A DNA stretch of 64,000 bases from Octopus vulgaris (GCA_951406725.2 OX597820.1:73904001-73968000), one strand, 5' to 3'. Counted from the stretch's first letter, positions 13,834-28,699 are shown. Translations and numbers: made by a program. Notes: a model not told the origin generated them from the sequence alone.

Positions 13834-14096
13834 GCTTTTATACTGATAACGCTTTATTTTCGACATTTAGATTTATTTTAGTTTTATACGCCTGAAATAT
13901 TCTTTCCAAGCCTTTCTTTGTGTTGTTTATCCTTTTTTAAAACAAATATTTCTCAGTTTGTTTTTAGCTTAATCATTTTATTTAAGTTTCTTGATTTTGA
14001 ATGATATAACTGTTTGGTATTTAATTTCCTATCAAGATTGCATTGGCACATTTTCGAAATCAAATTCCATACAAATTTGTTTAATGTATGAAAGGC

Positions 14097-14531
14097 AAAG
14101 TAGCCTCGACAAATTTTGAAGTAGAGCGTCGGATAGAATGCCTTGCGGTATTCGTTCCGACTCTTCTGCACTCAAACGTTTTTGTTAACTTGCCATAGTG
14201 TCACTACCAAGTTTTGTAGCTTAAAACCAAGTTCTGTAAAATAAAATTGGCGCATAGCATTATATAATCTTCCAAGATTGTCATTTAAAATGTGGCTGGT
14301 ATCGATCTTAGCGATCATTCTCCCGATGACAATGAAATATGTACCAACTACATACTAGATACAGTTTAATACATTTTTACCCTTTATTTTATAGAACTTG
14401 GTTTCATACTACAAAACTTGGTAGTGATTCTACGGCGAGTAAGCAGAAACGGTAGACCGCAGAAGAGTCAGAATGAATACCATAAAGCTTTCTATCCGAC
14501 GCTCTAGTTCAAAACTTGTCGAAGTTACTTT
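14097..14531. repeat. Diverged inverted repeat (~150-bp arms, ~140-bp spacer) containing a SINE-A-like head
   Basis: aaagtagcctcgacaa...tagagcgtcggatagaa...ctaccaagttttgtag...taaaataaa is mirrored at 14383-14531. Confidence 0.8.
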
Positions 14532-15119
14532 AATTAATTGGTTAACATTTAACAAAAATTAACTGATCGATTGGTTAATTGATCGTTCGGTTGCTCGATC
14601 AACCAACCAGTTTTATCAAAGCCTTTTCGTCGCCATTCGCGACTCCATCAATGACATGGCCTCTTTACTCCATAGCTAAGCAGACTGAACCATTATTCAA
14701 ACAATCGATTAGATAATTGGTTGAATGGTTGACCAAGTGACAAATAAATATAAATAAGTGAAATAGAACCAGTGATTGTGTTTATTATTGACATAACGAC
14801 CCTCAAGAAATACGTTCCTACAGACGAGTTCAAATGAAGAATCTTGCAGACCAAATACAATTACAAAACATTCAAGATATATAAGAAGAACGAGATGGTC
14901 ATGTTAGGAATGCCTTAGATCTAAGATCTGCTCGATGAAAGCCAGCATGAGGCAATTACTTTTAATAATGATTTCAAATTTTGACACAAGACCAGCAACT
15001 TTCGGAGGAATGGGATTAGTCGATTGCATCGACCCTAGTACTTATCTGGTATTTATTTTATCGCCCCCCCCCCCGAAAGGATTAAAAGCGAAATGGACCT
15101 CCGTCTGTCCGTCTCTCCG

Positions 15120-15154
<35 letters not shown>

Positions 15155-15269
15155 TAAGTATCAACACTGAACAGTTTACGAACAAAGATTTCCAAGCAAA
15201 TGGAATTGAATTTATTCAATACGCCTACCCATCAACATGACTACATGGAAGATCATAACTTCAGAGAAA

Positions 15270-16810
15270 GAAAAAAATCAAAGTGGTCGACCAAAAGAAT
15301 TATATATACACAAAAAAAAAAGCAGAATGCAGATGGATTGGAGTTATACTGGGGGTGCGAAAATCGTGTGTGCAAGGCGAGACTTTACACGAATGAAAAT
15401 TATAAAGAGCTTAAGAAAAGTGGGATCCACAATCACGCTTCAACTGCTGCAGAGGTAAATGCAAGGATGATAGTTTCAAATATTAAAGTAAAGTCTGTTT
15501 CATCTCGTGATGCCCCTCGCTCAATTATCGCTTGTGAAGTTCAGAATTTAAACGACTGTACATTCTTGCAAATAACTTAATAAGAATATTAGACATCGGA
15601 GACAAGCTGATTCCAACTATCCTGCCACTTCATTTACAAATGTTGGGGTTTTCCATTCCAAGTAAATACTCTTGCCTTGACAATGATGAAACGGTTTTAC
15701 AATATGACAGCAGCATGGAAGATACAAAACGAATACTAATATTCGACAGTTAAAACAGCACAGGAACTGGTCGGCAGATGGAACACTTAATTGCTGCTCT
15801 GGTATATTTTTCCAGCTATATATACTTCACATTCAAATTGATAATTTTTAATGTCTCACGATTGTTCGCATTACTCTTTGACAAAAGTCAAGACACATAT
15901 AATAGACTTTTTGCCAAAATAAACGATTAACTACAGAATGAGGGATTTCGAAAAAGCCACCCATAACGGATTTCTGGAATCGTTTCCTGGGTCGAATTTG
16001 GCATGCTGTTTGTTTCATTTAGGACAAAATATGTACAAGCATGTTGTTCAAGAAGGAGTAAAATGCAGATATCATGAAAACGACAGTTTTAGTCTAAAAA
16101 TGCGGTGTTTTGTTGCCTTTGCCTTCCTGCCGGTTGATGATGTTGTAGATGGATATGAACAACATATACATGATGATGATATTCCACAGTCAATTGTATC
16201 CTATTTTGAAAATTATATAGGACCACCTAGAGGAAGAGAACATAGGAGGTGACGCCTTGAACCTCCATTTCCATTACCTGTATGGAATGTTTGGGATCTA
16301 TGTATGACAGGGATTGCTCGTACTACAAATAGTTTAGAAGCCTATCACAGCGTGCTGAAAAACATAGTGAATATTAGTCATCCAAATATTTGGAAACTTA
16401 TTGGTGTGATTAAATGTGAGGAAATATTTGCCAGTATCAAACTGCAAGCTTATGTAAGGAGAAGAATCAAGCCAAAAGAAAAAATACTGAGATACGAACC
16501 TGAGTATAAAAATACTGAGAATCGAACCTGAGTATAAAAAATGTCATGGAAAAATATGATTCAAGCCAAATAATTATTCTTGTAAAAGCAATTACACACA
16601 ATATTAAATTTTAAGAAAAGATAAATATGCAATACAGCAAACTTTAAAATAAACGTTTTTTTTTAATTCAGATATTTGTTCATCCATTTTTCCTATGATC
16701 TCGACGTATTGACTGATGACGAATTGACTTGGGGGCGAATTGACCAACGACGAATTGACTGGGGACAAATTAAACGACGATAAATTGTCGTCGACGAATT
16801 GACCGGACAC
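15270..16810 (+). mobile_element. Decayed MULE (Mutator-like) DNA transposon: FLYWCH-like domain plus MULE transposase
   Basis: ORF pieces YWGCENRVCKARLYT...HNH, DFEKA...CLFHLGQ and RTTNSLEAYH, broken by stops and frameshifts. Repetitive gaattgac terminal region ends ggacacc at ~16810. Confidence 0.85.
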
Positions 16811-16951
16811 CGAGATCACCTTATCGCGCACATATGGTTGTGATGCATGTGTCTGGTGTGCCATTATCAGATGGGTAGTCATGATGGATATACAAGGCTT
16901 CGTATATTTCACCTCAGTGTCACCTTGATGGCATGCACTGCTCTCTCACTC

Positions 16952-17003
<52 letters not shown>

Positions 17004-17024
17004 TAATAATAGTAATAGTAAATT

Positions 17025-17533
17025 CTCTGATGCGGTACCAGACAGTGGCTCTCATGGCTTCTGATTTAACTGATTGGAAGTGTTATCATGTACATTGTTT
17101 TGTCTTGGTATAAAAGATGGACTACAGCAAATATTCTTCTCAATATCACAGATTTGCTAGTCAGTTGTTTGACCTTAAACAGTTGAGCATGTCCCCTAGT
17201 GGCTGATGATATGTGCATCTCTGATCACGAACAGAAGTAGTGGGGGAGCATCATAGTCATGTCTTGAGAGGAATTCTTTGGGACTTGGACAATTCACCGT
17301 TGTAAAGATGGGTGTTTCATCCACCATTCTTAAACGACCCTTATTCAGGGGCCTTTTAGTGGGATGAGCTACTCAAGCTGAAGAAAATTCTAACTTGCCC
17401 CCAACTTCAAGGTCATGCACATATTGTTGTGATGCGTGTGCCTGGTGTATCCTTATTAGAATATACTGAATATACTGGACTTCGTATATTTTAACCCAGT
17501 GTCACTTTGATGATATGCACTGCTCCCTCACTC

Positions 17534-17535
<2 letters not shown>
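17025..17535 (+). mobile_element. ~500-bp non-autonomous retroelement ending in (AAT)n; other copies at 16815-16951 (+, partial) and 35098-35602 (-)
   Basis: Three homologous copies, each ending ...gcactgctctctcactc followed by (aat)n. Confidence 0.75.
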
Positions 17536-17578
<43 letters not shown>

Positions 17579-17806
17579 TATTATCATAATTACTTCAAAA
17601 TTTTTCCACAAGGGCAGCTTAGGGGAGGTGGTAATGAATCTATCACATCGACCTCAGTGTTCAACTGGTACTTATTTCATCGACTCTGAAAGAACGAAAG
17701 GCAAAGTCGACCTCGGCGGAATTTGAACTCAGAACGTACAGACGGGCAAAAAAAAAACCGCTGAGCATTTCGTCCATAGTGCTAACGATTCTACCAGCTT
17801 GCCGCC

Positions 17807-17925
<119 letters not shown>

Positions 17926-18793
17926 AAAAAAGGTACTGAAGCCTATTTACCAGGCTTACTATCCCTAAAGGAAGTGCAAAAAATCGTGTTAACTGGACTC
18001 ATGTACTGAGAAGAGCATTGTCGCTGTGAAAACAACATCCATTCATTACCTGTGAATTTGCGCGTGTAATCTGGGAATGCATACAATGAGCTTCTCTGCC
18101 CTTGGTGTACGGAAAACACTCGGCGAGAGATGGAAGAAATTTTGAAGAAAGAAGGAAAACAACAACAACAACACCAACAACAACACAAGTGCTGTTTTCC
18201 AAAATATCTTTGTATAAAAGAAGGAAGCAATGTTGTTTACCATACAGATGTTTAATTTCAACTTTTTAAAGACATTCCTGTTTCCTTCACATTTTAAATG
18301 GGCCGAAGTAAAAACCGCTCCGGAGGATTACTTTAACATAAATTTTTCACTCACGTTAGATCAGTTTATTGCTTGCTGTCTGTTAGCTTCAGCTATTTTA
18401 AGGTTATTATGTGTTAATGAAACTGTTTTAATATCATGTTCACTTCTTCAGGAATAGCACAAATACATTTTCTTCAGAATCACATATACTCAAGTATAAA
18501 CACGACAGACATTAATGAAACCATTTCAAGTCTTTGTTTAGTTTTCCCTGTAACATAAATATTTCCAGTTTATGTAATACAGCATTTTTTTTTCTGTTCA
18601 CATGTGACATACGTAACCTATAATTACAGAATTTTCTTTTTTATAGTCTAGTTTTCAACCTGATATATTTCTTTAAAGAAACCTCATTTTTTTTTTATTT
18701 TACAAAATAAAGAGATGCTTTGTTAAAACTTTTAGGAAGACATTTCAAAGTAGCTTTATTGCTTCTCTGTTGAAGTTACTAAAATAACTGAAG

Positions 18794-18852
<59 letters not shown>

Positions 18853-19072
18853 AAGTCTTTCGCAGATTTTATTTCTGAGTGTCTTACGAGGTTTACTTAG
18901 AAGTATTTGTAAATATTGTATCATATATCATTGTTATTCTCTTTAACTTTCGTTTCTAATAACCTTAATTGCACTCATCATACAATGTATGTATACGCAT
19001 GTATATTCGAAGTGTGTAAGTTAGAATATTTCGTAGCCAATAAAATCTCCGAGTATAATAATAATAATAATG

Positions 19073-19125
<53 letters not shown>

Positions 19126-19130
<5 letters not shown>

Positions 19131-20510
19131 GTGAAAAAGAATATAAACCATAAAAGTGCATTGGACCTCTGCAGAATGTGTGGGAAGAGGGTCGAAAGTG
19201 TGGCTCACATTGTTAGTGCTTGTGAAAGTCTTGCACAGAAAGTGTACACGCGTAGACACGACAAAGTACATCAAAACCTCCACTAGCTACTATGCCGTAA
19301 GTATGGATTTGAGGTTACGAGTGGTTGGTACCAACATACACCGGAAAAGGTAATGGACGAAACGGAGGAAGGCAAAAATCCTCTGGGACTTTTTGACTGG
19401 ATTGAATAAAATCCAAGCAGTTTAATACGTGGGTGATTGTATCACTTCGGTTTGGAGCGGAAATTATAAAATGACCAAAGAAGGAAATGAAGAAAAATGG
19501 ATACCAAGACCAGAAAAATGTTGACAGTACACGGAGCCTTCCACCCTAAGAATGACACCAATAGGGTGTATTTGTCCAGAAGGAAGGGTGCCAGGACAGT
19601 ATCGAAGCAGAGGAAAACAGCCTAGGGTGGTACATAAAAAAATGATGCAGAGCCACTGTTGAAACACACGAAGAAGGCCGGCGTCATCAAAGCTGAAAAT
19701 TGTGTAACTAAAGGAAAATATAACCAAGAAATGAACAAAAAAAAAAAAAAGGAAAAGCATGGAAGGAAAAGAAAATGTAAGTTTGCAAGAGATGCGAACG
19801 CCAACACAGATACAGAGGACCCGTGGCTATAGATGAAGAGGAGTGAACTGAAGATAGCGACAGAAGCACTCATGTGCGCAGCTCAGGAACAAGCGTTAAG
19901 GACCAATTAAATGAAGCGTAGAATTGACAACACTACTGATAGTGACAAATACAGAATGTGTGTTGAGAGGAGTGAAACGGTATGGCACATCGTTAGCGAA
20001 TGCCCGAAATTGGCACAACGAGAATGCAAAAGACAATGTGGCAAGAATGATCCATTGCAAGCTGTGTGGAAATCACGGCTTACAAAGAGCAAAGACGTGG
20101 TATGAACAAACCCCAGAAGGAGTCACCGAAAATGAGAATTGCAAAATCCTGTACGATACAATGATCCAGTGCGATCACCCGACCAGACACTGGAAACCGG
20201 ACATTGTTGTGGTGAATAAAAAAGCACATGTATGATAATCGACAAAGCATGTCCCAGTGACAACAGGATCATTGTGAAAGAAGAAGAAAAAAATAAAGAA
20301 CTATGCCGATTTGAAGTGGGAAATACGAAGGTTGTGGGCAATGACGAGAGTAGACGTGATACCAATAGTAACTGGCGCACTTTGAAGTATGAGCGCTCAA
20401 CTATCAACATGGCTGAAAAAAAAAGATCGGTGCAAGTGTGAAGGTAGAACGCCTACAAAAATCAGCATTGCTTGGAACTGCAAGAATTCTTTTCAGGGTT
20501 CTTGTAGCAT
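19126..20510 (+). pseudogene. R4/Dong-like (R2 superfamily) non-LTR retrotransposon fragments: CCHC finger and REL endonuclease
   Basis: RMC..SETVWHIVSECPKLAQ, DNVARMIH, PDIVVVNKK, IIDKACPSDNRIIVKEEEK. A second finger fragment lies at ~19130-19400. Abuts (TAA)n, the known Dong target. Confidence 0.8.
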
Positions 20511-20794
20511 GACCAGTAAACAAGTGTCACCTTAGTCTACTGGCTTGGACAGCTGACATTTTCCATCTTCTCCAGCAAAATAAGCTGTGAGTTTTCATCA
20601 CAATTTTGGGGGTGGGGGCCAAATGGATTGCGTCGACCCCAGTACTCAACCGGTACTTATTTTATCGACCACGAAAGGAGGAAAGGTAAAGTCAACCTCG
20701 GCGGAATTTGAACTCAGAACGTAGCGCGGCAAATGAAATATCGCTAAGCATTTTGCCCGGCTTGCTAACGTTTCTGCCAGCTCGCCACCTTTGA

Positions 20795-20874
<80 letters not shown>

Positions 20875-21849
20875 CAATAATTTTTATTATAGGTACAAGG
20901 CCTGAAATTTGTGTGTGCTTGTGTATATGGGGTGAGGGTGGGGCAAGTCAATTATATAGACCCCAGTGCGTAACTGGTACTTATTTCATCGACATAGAAA
21001 AAAATGAAAGACAAAGTCAACCTCGGCAGAATCTGAATTCGGAAAGGAAAGAGCCAAGCATTTTGTCCGCGGTGTTAACGATTCTGCCATTTCATTGCCT
21101 TCTGAGTATAATAAAATGTCAGTTTGAAACCATCTCCTATCCATTGAAAAGAGAAGAAAAAATGTGACAACGACGGTAAATTCCAGTACATCAAAACAAG
21201 CAACGAATCACTTATTTCTGTTACATTCTATCTCTTGATTTAGGGGCCTTTATTTCAACACTAGGCGTGGTATAAGTCTGACTTTATCATAACATTATAT
21301 TATCTATTTGTTTTATACGTATCACCATTTCACTTTGGCAGTATTCTCTTACTTAAACGTTCGCAGTGGAGATTACCTTTGCCGCCATTTATTTAGAGTT
21401 TTGTCGACGTAGAGGAGTTCTTTCCTTCTCCATCCTACCCACTGTACTAAGAAAAGAGCCCTGTTGTTGTTTTTGTCTTGTTTGAGCACTTCTTCGGTTA
21501 TACTATATCTCGGTCAGTTGATGATCCGTTGACCCTGAGCAAATTTCTATTGCATTATATAATTGGTGCCTACACACGACACGGACATACACTTATATAC
21601 ACAGATGATGTGTTGTAGCAGTCGCAGCCTGCTGTACTGTGTATAGCAAATATTTCCAGCGGATCAACGATGGGAAAAACGCAATGCCGAAGCTGACTGG
21701 CCACTTTGAATGTTGTCATTATCAATGAAATTAATGACTGTTCATCTGTAACATGTTACCTGTGGCAGCCTTGCTGATCCGATCGTAACGTCACAATAAA
21801 CTGTATTAAAATAATAGTATGTAATATATATATATATATATATATGTAA

Positions 21850-22038
21850 ACTCTTACTCTTTTACTCTTTTACTTGTTTCAATCATGTGACTGTGGCCAT
21901 GCTGGAGCACCGCCTTTAGTCGATCAAATCGACCCCAGGACTTATTCTTTGTAAGCCTAGTACTTATTTTATCTGTCTCTTTTTTGCCGAACCGCTAAGT
22001 TACGGGGACGTAAACACATCAGCAGACAAACACAGACA

Positions 22039-22134
<96 letters not shown>

Positions 22135-22294
22135 CATATATATACGACGGGCTTCTTTCAGTTTCCGTCTACCAAATCCACTCACAAGGCTTTGGTCGGG
22201 CCGGGGCTATACTAGAAGACACTTACCCAAGGTGGACTGAACCCAGAACCATGTGGTTCGTAAGGAAGCCACTTACCACACAGCCACTCCTACG

Positions 22295-22298
<4 letters not shown>
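21850..22298 (-). mobile_element. tRNA-derived SINE family D with internal (TA)/(CA) microsatellite
   Basis: Head ggcgtaggagtggctgtgtggtaag and tail gaaacaagtaaaagagtaaaag. Other full or partial copies at ~800-965, 8900-9110, 25370-25735, 29490-29850, 50460-50670 and 51745-52025. Confidence 0.85.
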
Positions 22299-22334
<36 letters not shown>

Positions 22335-22431
22335 CAATAAACTGTATTAAATAATGTCTCAACAAACTGTCACAATAAACTAAAATACTATTATTTTCAT
22401 AGAATTAACGTAAAAGTCGATAAGCAAAGTC

Positions 22432-22924
<493 letters not shown>

Positions 22925-22943
22925 GGTATGACTATGCTATGAC

Positions 22944-23176
22944 AAGGCGGAGAGCTGGTAGAAACGTTAGCACGTCGGGCGAAATGCTTAGTGGTATTTC
23001 GTCTGCCGTTGCGTTGTGAGTTCAAATTCCGCCGAGGTCGACTTTACCTTTCATCCTTTCGGGGTTGATAAATTAAGTACCAGTTACGCACTGGGGTCGA
23101 TGTAATCGACTTAATACCTATGTCTGTCCTTGTTTGTCCCTTCTATGTTTAGCCCCTTGTGGGTAATAAAGAAATA
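22944..23176 (+). mobile_element. SINE family A, full length with ~20-bp TSD
   Basis: TSD ggtatgactatgctatgaca at 22925-22944 and 23177-23196. Confidence 0.92.
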
Positions 23177-23205
23177 GGTATGACTATGCTATGACACGAG
23201 AGAGA

Positions 23206-23249
<44 letters not shown>

Positions 23250-23923
23250 AAGGACGTCACAATAAATTGTATTGAAATAATAGTATTAATAATGGCTTAA
23301 ACGTTAGCACAAGCCCATTACTTTTAGGGAATGGAGATTACTTGCATGATTGTGTATTTTGTAATTTAATATTTATTCTCAATTTAAACTTGGATGTCCT
23401 ATTAGAACAAGCTTTACTGCAGTAGATACCATGAAAATAACTCTCATATAGGTTTTTGGTGCAAAATGCACGCTTGCTTATATCACTAGCGGGGAAATAA
23501 CTCCCCACCAACTCTAGCACCGAGACCACCAGCTCACGTGATTTCGACCTTCCTTAGTCTCGTCGGTGGTGGATGCTCGACCGCTAGAGATAGCAGGTAT
23601 TCATCTCCCCGCTAGAGAAATATAGAAAATCAGTGCCAGAACAGGCGCTGGTGTTGTGATTAGCCAGTGGGCTTGTTAGAAAATACATATTAGCGTCAGA
23701 GACATTATTAATACCAAGAAGTAATAGTTATTCTTATTTGAACGTGGCTGTTTTGTTAGAACAAACTACACTGTGGTAGATACTACGAGAGAAAAACTCA
23801 TATAGGTTTTTTTTTGTGCAAAATACTCGCTTGTTTAGATCGCTAGCTGGGAGAAAACTCCCCATCAACTCCAGCGCCGAAACCACCAGATCTCGTGATT
23901 TCGTTCTTCCTTAGTATGTATGC

Positions 23924-24313
23924 GTGTGGAGGCGCAATGGCCCAGTGGTTAGGGCAGCGGACTCGCGGTCATAGGATCGCGGTTTCGATTCCCAGACCGA
24001 GCATTGTGAGTGTTTATTGAGCGAAAACACCTAAAGCTCCACGAGGCTCCGGCAGGGGATGGTGGTGATTCCTGCTGTACTCTTTCATCACAACTTTCTC
24101 TCACTCTTACTTCCTGTTTCTGTTGTACATGTATTTCAAAGGGCCGGCCTTGTCACTCTCTGTGTCACGCTGAATATCCCCGAGAACTACGTTAAGGGTG
24201 CACGTGTCTGTGGAGTGCTCAGCCACTTACACGTTAATTTTACAAGCAGGCTGTTCCGTTGATTCGGATCAACCGGAACCCTCGTCGTCGTAACCGACGG
24301 AGTGCTTCCATCC
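23924..24313 (+). mobile_element. SINE family B, full length
   Basis: tRNA-like head with A/B boxes. TSD agtatgtatgc at 23913-23923 and 24314-24324. Confidence 0.9.
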
Positions 24314-24497
24314 AGTATGTATGCTTTCGAAATAACTAAGGAATGAAGTTAAAGCAAGTTTCATATTATATATTTGAAAAGATTAATAAAGACCGTTAAG
24401 TAATTATCATCAGCTATATTCATACAGCGTTTTGCAAGAAGCAAAACAAGTCTATAAATGTTTTCCCCAGCAGAGCAGAGCAAGCAGGCTTGCAGGT

Positions 24498-24925
24498 ATT
24501 AAGTCATCCCATAAATAATGCGGGTTTTTTTTCAATTGCATGAACTAAAAGTCGGAGGGGGACGGGATAATAACCTGCATCAACTTGCTGTAAAAACAGG
24601 TTGTAATTCTACCTTGTCCTTATTCTTAGTGCATGTTTTTGACAAGTGCAGTTCGATCTTAACAGTTATTTTTTCAAAGCTGTAATGAAGTGACAAAGGA
24701 GCATATTCGGCATGTTTTGCCGAATTGAATTCTGTAGACGAGGTCAGAACAGTACTGGAGGAGTATTTTTCGTCACGAGCAAGTGAATCTTGAAAGAAGG
24801 GCCTTGCAAGTCTACCTGAAGATGGAAGAGCATTGTAGAAAATGAAGGAGAGTATATTTTAGATTAAAAAAGAACTTTGCTTATCTTACTTTTGAAAAAT
24901 AATAGAAGTATAAAAAACTGCATTA
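24498..24925 (+). mobile_element. Internally deleted mariner-like element
   Basis: 5' end ttaagtcatcccataaataatgcgg, N-terminal EVTKEHIRH joined directly to the C-terminal ...EYFSS...IVENEGEYILD*, and a degenerate 3' TIR. Confidence 0.65.
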
Positions 24926-24969
24926 ACATTTAAGGACACAAGTATAGTTTGAGGCTGTCACACACACTG

Positions 24970-25290
24970 GCTGTCCGTCGGTTACGGCGACAAGGGTTCA
25001 AGCTGATCCGATCAACGGAAAAGCCTGCTCGTGAAATTAATTTGCAAAGTGGCTGAGGACACCACATACATACATACCCTTAACGTAGTTCTCAGGGAGA
25101 TTCAGCGTGACACAGAATATGACAAGTCTGCTCCTTTGATATATAGGTACTGCTCATTTTTGCCAGCTGAGTGGACTGAGGCAACGTGAAATAGTGTTTT
25201 GCTCAAGGACACAACACGCTGCCGGGAATCGAACTCGTGACTTTATGATCGAGAGCCGCATACATTTAACCACTAAGCTACGCGCCTTCG
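24970..25290 (-). mobile_element. SINE with family-B tail and a different tRNA head/body
   Basis: Shares the ...gttaagggta...ttccgttgatcggatc tail with family B; head gcgaaggcgcgtagcttagtggtt. Confidence 0.7.
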
Positions 25291-25493
25291 CACTATCTTT
25301 AAACTCATTAGGATCTTCAGTTCTATTTAAGTCAACTAACAATGGGATAACAATACGATGACGATTATAAGGTTCCAGGTTCAGTCCTGTTTGGTATCGT
25401 GGGCAAGTGTCTTCTATAGTCCCAAAGCTTTGTGAGTGGATTTAGTAGACAGAAACTGAAAGAAGCCCGCCGTTGATTCATACATGCAAACAT

Positions 25494-25572
<79 letters not shown>

Positions 25573-26222
25573 TATTCGTGTTTGTCCCTCGCCCCGTAAC
25601 TTAGCGGTTAGCCTAAAGTCCCCGATAGAATAAATATTAGGCTTAAAAATAAGTCCTGGGGTCGATTTGTTCGACTGAACTTTTCAATGCAGTACTCCAG
25701 CATGGCCGCAGTCTAATGACTGAAACAAGTAGAACGTACGAATGTTAATATATTTCTCCCTTACCCTTGAAACATATACAAAGTCTCCGACATTGCCTTC
25801 CTAGCATATTCTTCTCTTCTATACACTAAACAGGTACCCGTTCAAGTGCTTTCTTTTACATAATTCAACATGATATACAACAGATATAAACGCACATGTC
25901 CCAGTGTTTGAGTGCAACGCTTGCGTTGTAGGAACAGATACAAAAATGTTATCGTTTAATGTTTTTGTGTGTGCAATTGTTGTAGTTGTTGCAAATTTTC
26001 TCTTTTTACCAGACCTAACTAGGAATGTTGTCTATGGCGATAGAAATGAAATAGCTAATGGCGGAAGGTTCATAGCGTTCAACTCATAATCGACGCACGA
26101 TAAGAACTGAACGAGTTAAGATTGTTTTTGCGTCCACTTGATATAAAACAATACTTGAGTCTGGAAAAACCAACATTTCTTGGTTAATATCTGTCAGCAT
26201 TTAGATAGATAGACAGACAGAC

Positions 26223-26324
<102 letters not shown>

Positions 26325-26699
26325 GAGGGAGAGAGAGAGAAATATTTTATTAACATTCTTAACGTACATCTAAATAATAAATAGATAACTAAGTGTTTCT
26401 CAAGTATTGTGTAGAGGCCCAGAGTTGTTGAGAGAAATGCAACGGACAAAGGATTTCAAGTCCTTCCTATGAAGTACTTTTAAAATGAATGACTATTATT
26501 GCACTGTGTTCCCTATCACTGTGATTTCATAATCAATCATTTCTTTTCAACAATCATCATAGATGATGTTTTACAGTACAATAATGAAATATTTATGATT
26601 TGTCATAATCCAATTAAAACAGCATCGAAACATCTAGAACCTCGAATAATATTCCTAAAGGAAGTATTACAGCGAACATCAAGACTTAACTATCTTCAT

Positions 26700-27133
26700 G
26701 AGGGGGCTCAATAAGTGATTTCGCCGCAAAAGGGCTGAGCTTTTCCACTTGAGTCGGTAGAACCTATCCTAAGACAATGCATTAGTTTGTAATTCCATTC
26801 TGGTAATCCTCTATTTGACAGAGATGGGCATCAAAATTATCCCTTATCCTCCCTACAGTCCGAAGTTTGCTCCCTGTCACTTTTGGTTTTCTCAAGCTGA
26901 AGAAAACCCACAGGAGTAGTCATTTCGAAGACATTGAGAAGAAGCTGTGAAAAGGGTCCTGAACATCTTCACTTTGCAGGACTTGAATAGGATCTTCTCA
27001 AAGTAGCTGGATCCTCATAAGAAGTGCATTGAGGTCAGACTATCCTTTTTTAAAGGGGATTAGAGTTTTGTTCTTTTTTGAAATTAGTAAACGTCGCAAA
27101 GCTTGTAAATAATATTTTAGGATGCACCTTGTA
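26700..27133 (+). mobile_element. Degenerate mariner remnant
   Basis: PYPPYSP..AP.. motif (ccttatcctccctacagtccg), KCIE tail and TIR-like ends. Confidence 0.5.
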
Positions 27134-27950
27134 AATAGTAATGGAATGTACCGTGTAAATAGTATTTTAGATAATTCAATTAAGTGGCAGATAAACCTAG
27201 CACACACACAAACGCACACACATACACACACGCACATACACGCACACACATACACGCACACACATAACACACATAGTATAAAATAAAATAATCTAATATA
27301 TTAAATATATTAAAAATATAATATACTTAAATATATAATATAGATGGCTATTAGCAATGAAAACCTAACAGCAAATTAATAATCAAAGCACCAATTGCTA
27401 CTAATAAGACATTACTAGTAATATAGTAAACACACACGCTAATATCTCGTGTATCTTCGTGTATTCTCGTCCCATTGCCAGGTTTGATAATTGTTAAGAG
27501 ATTCCTCTTTACATGAAACCATTGGTAGCCTTCTTAACCCACAAATAAAATGTAAGTGTGTGTATGTGTGTGTGTGTGAGCGAGTGTGTACACGTGTGTA
27601 TATGAAATTGTTTTAAAAGAATAAATCTGAAATAGACAAGTAGACCCATTACAGACCCTTCTCTTGTCTGTCTCAAATTGCGGTTTATAATATTACTTCA
27701 CATTGAAAAAATATCAAGACAAATCGATATTTTGTTATTACTACAAAACTCGGCTCAGTGGAAGCGAGTAGTGTAAGAATCTATTCTTACTCAACTTATG
27801 CGACTGTGCAACATGTTTACAGACCATTTTATTTGGTTTGAGCAGAAATATATAATTCTTACTGGAAAAATAATACTGATGGTGTTGACATGGGGAATAG
27901 ATGTTTTTCAGGATATGTGAATTGTAGGTTATGCCAACAGGAATAGGTAT

Positions 27951-28185
27951 AAAGGGCAGCGAGCTGGCAGAAACGTTAGCACGCCGGGCGAAATGCTTAG
28001 CGGTATTTCGTCTGCCGTTACGTTCTGAGTTCAAATTCCACCGAGGTCGACTTTGCCTTTCATCCTTTCGGGGTCGATTAAATAAGTACCAGTTACGCAC
28101 TGGGGTCGATATAATCGACTTAATCCGTTTGTCTGTCCTTGTTTGCCCTCTCTGTGTTTAGCCCCTTGTGGGTAGTAAAGAAATA
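27951..28185 (+). mobile_element. SINE family A, full length
   Basis: TSD ggaatag(g/c)tataaag at 27940-27954 and 28186-28200. Confidence 0.9.
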
Positions 28186-28634
28186 GGAATAGCTATAAAG
28201 AGAGACGCTTATCTCTAAATTCCTCAGGAGAAGCAACCGATTAAGTAACATCTTAAGTAAGAAGGGGTTTAAATTCTAGGGCCATGTAAAGGCCCACGTT
28301 TTGAACCCGACTGAAAACTGTTGTGCTGGTTTCTCCCTCTTTCTCAAGCAGCACATGACTGGAAAAACTCCAGCAATGAAATTTATTTGGCGCGTCAAAA
28401 CAACCACGGAGTTGACTTCTAAACTGGCTGAATCAATATTTCTTCAGAGAATTACTATCCTACGAGGAAACTGAAACTAAACAATTTATTGCGAAACGAT
28501 GATTTGTCTAACGTGTTACTTCATTTTGCGTTGTGTAATTCATATCGACAATAAATTATGTTTTGTTTTCCTCCAACGATGCTCTTGTTTTTCCAGCTGT
28601 AAGATGAATCATGGGCAATACTGAATATACATAC

Positions 28635-28699
<65 letters not shown>

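Noticed and set aside
23924-24000. tRNA gene call for tRNA-like sequences
   Set aside because: These are SINE heads continuing into SINE bodies with TSDs; no complete cloverleaf.
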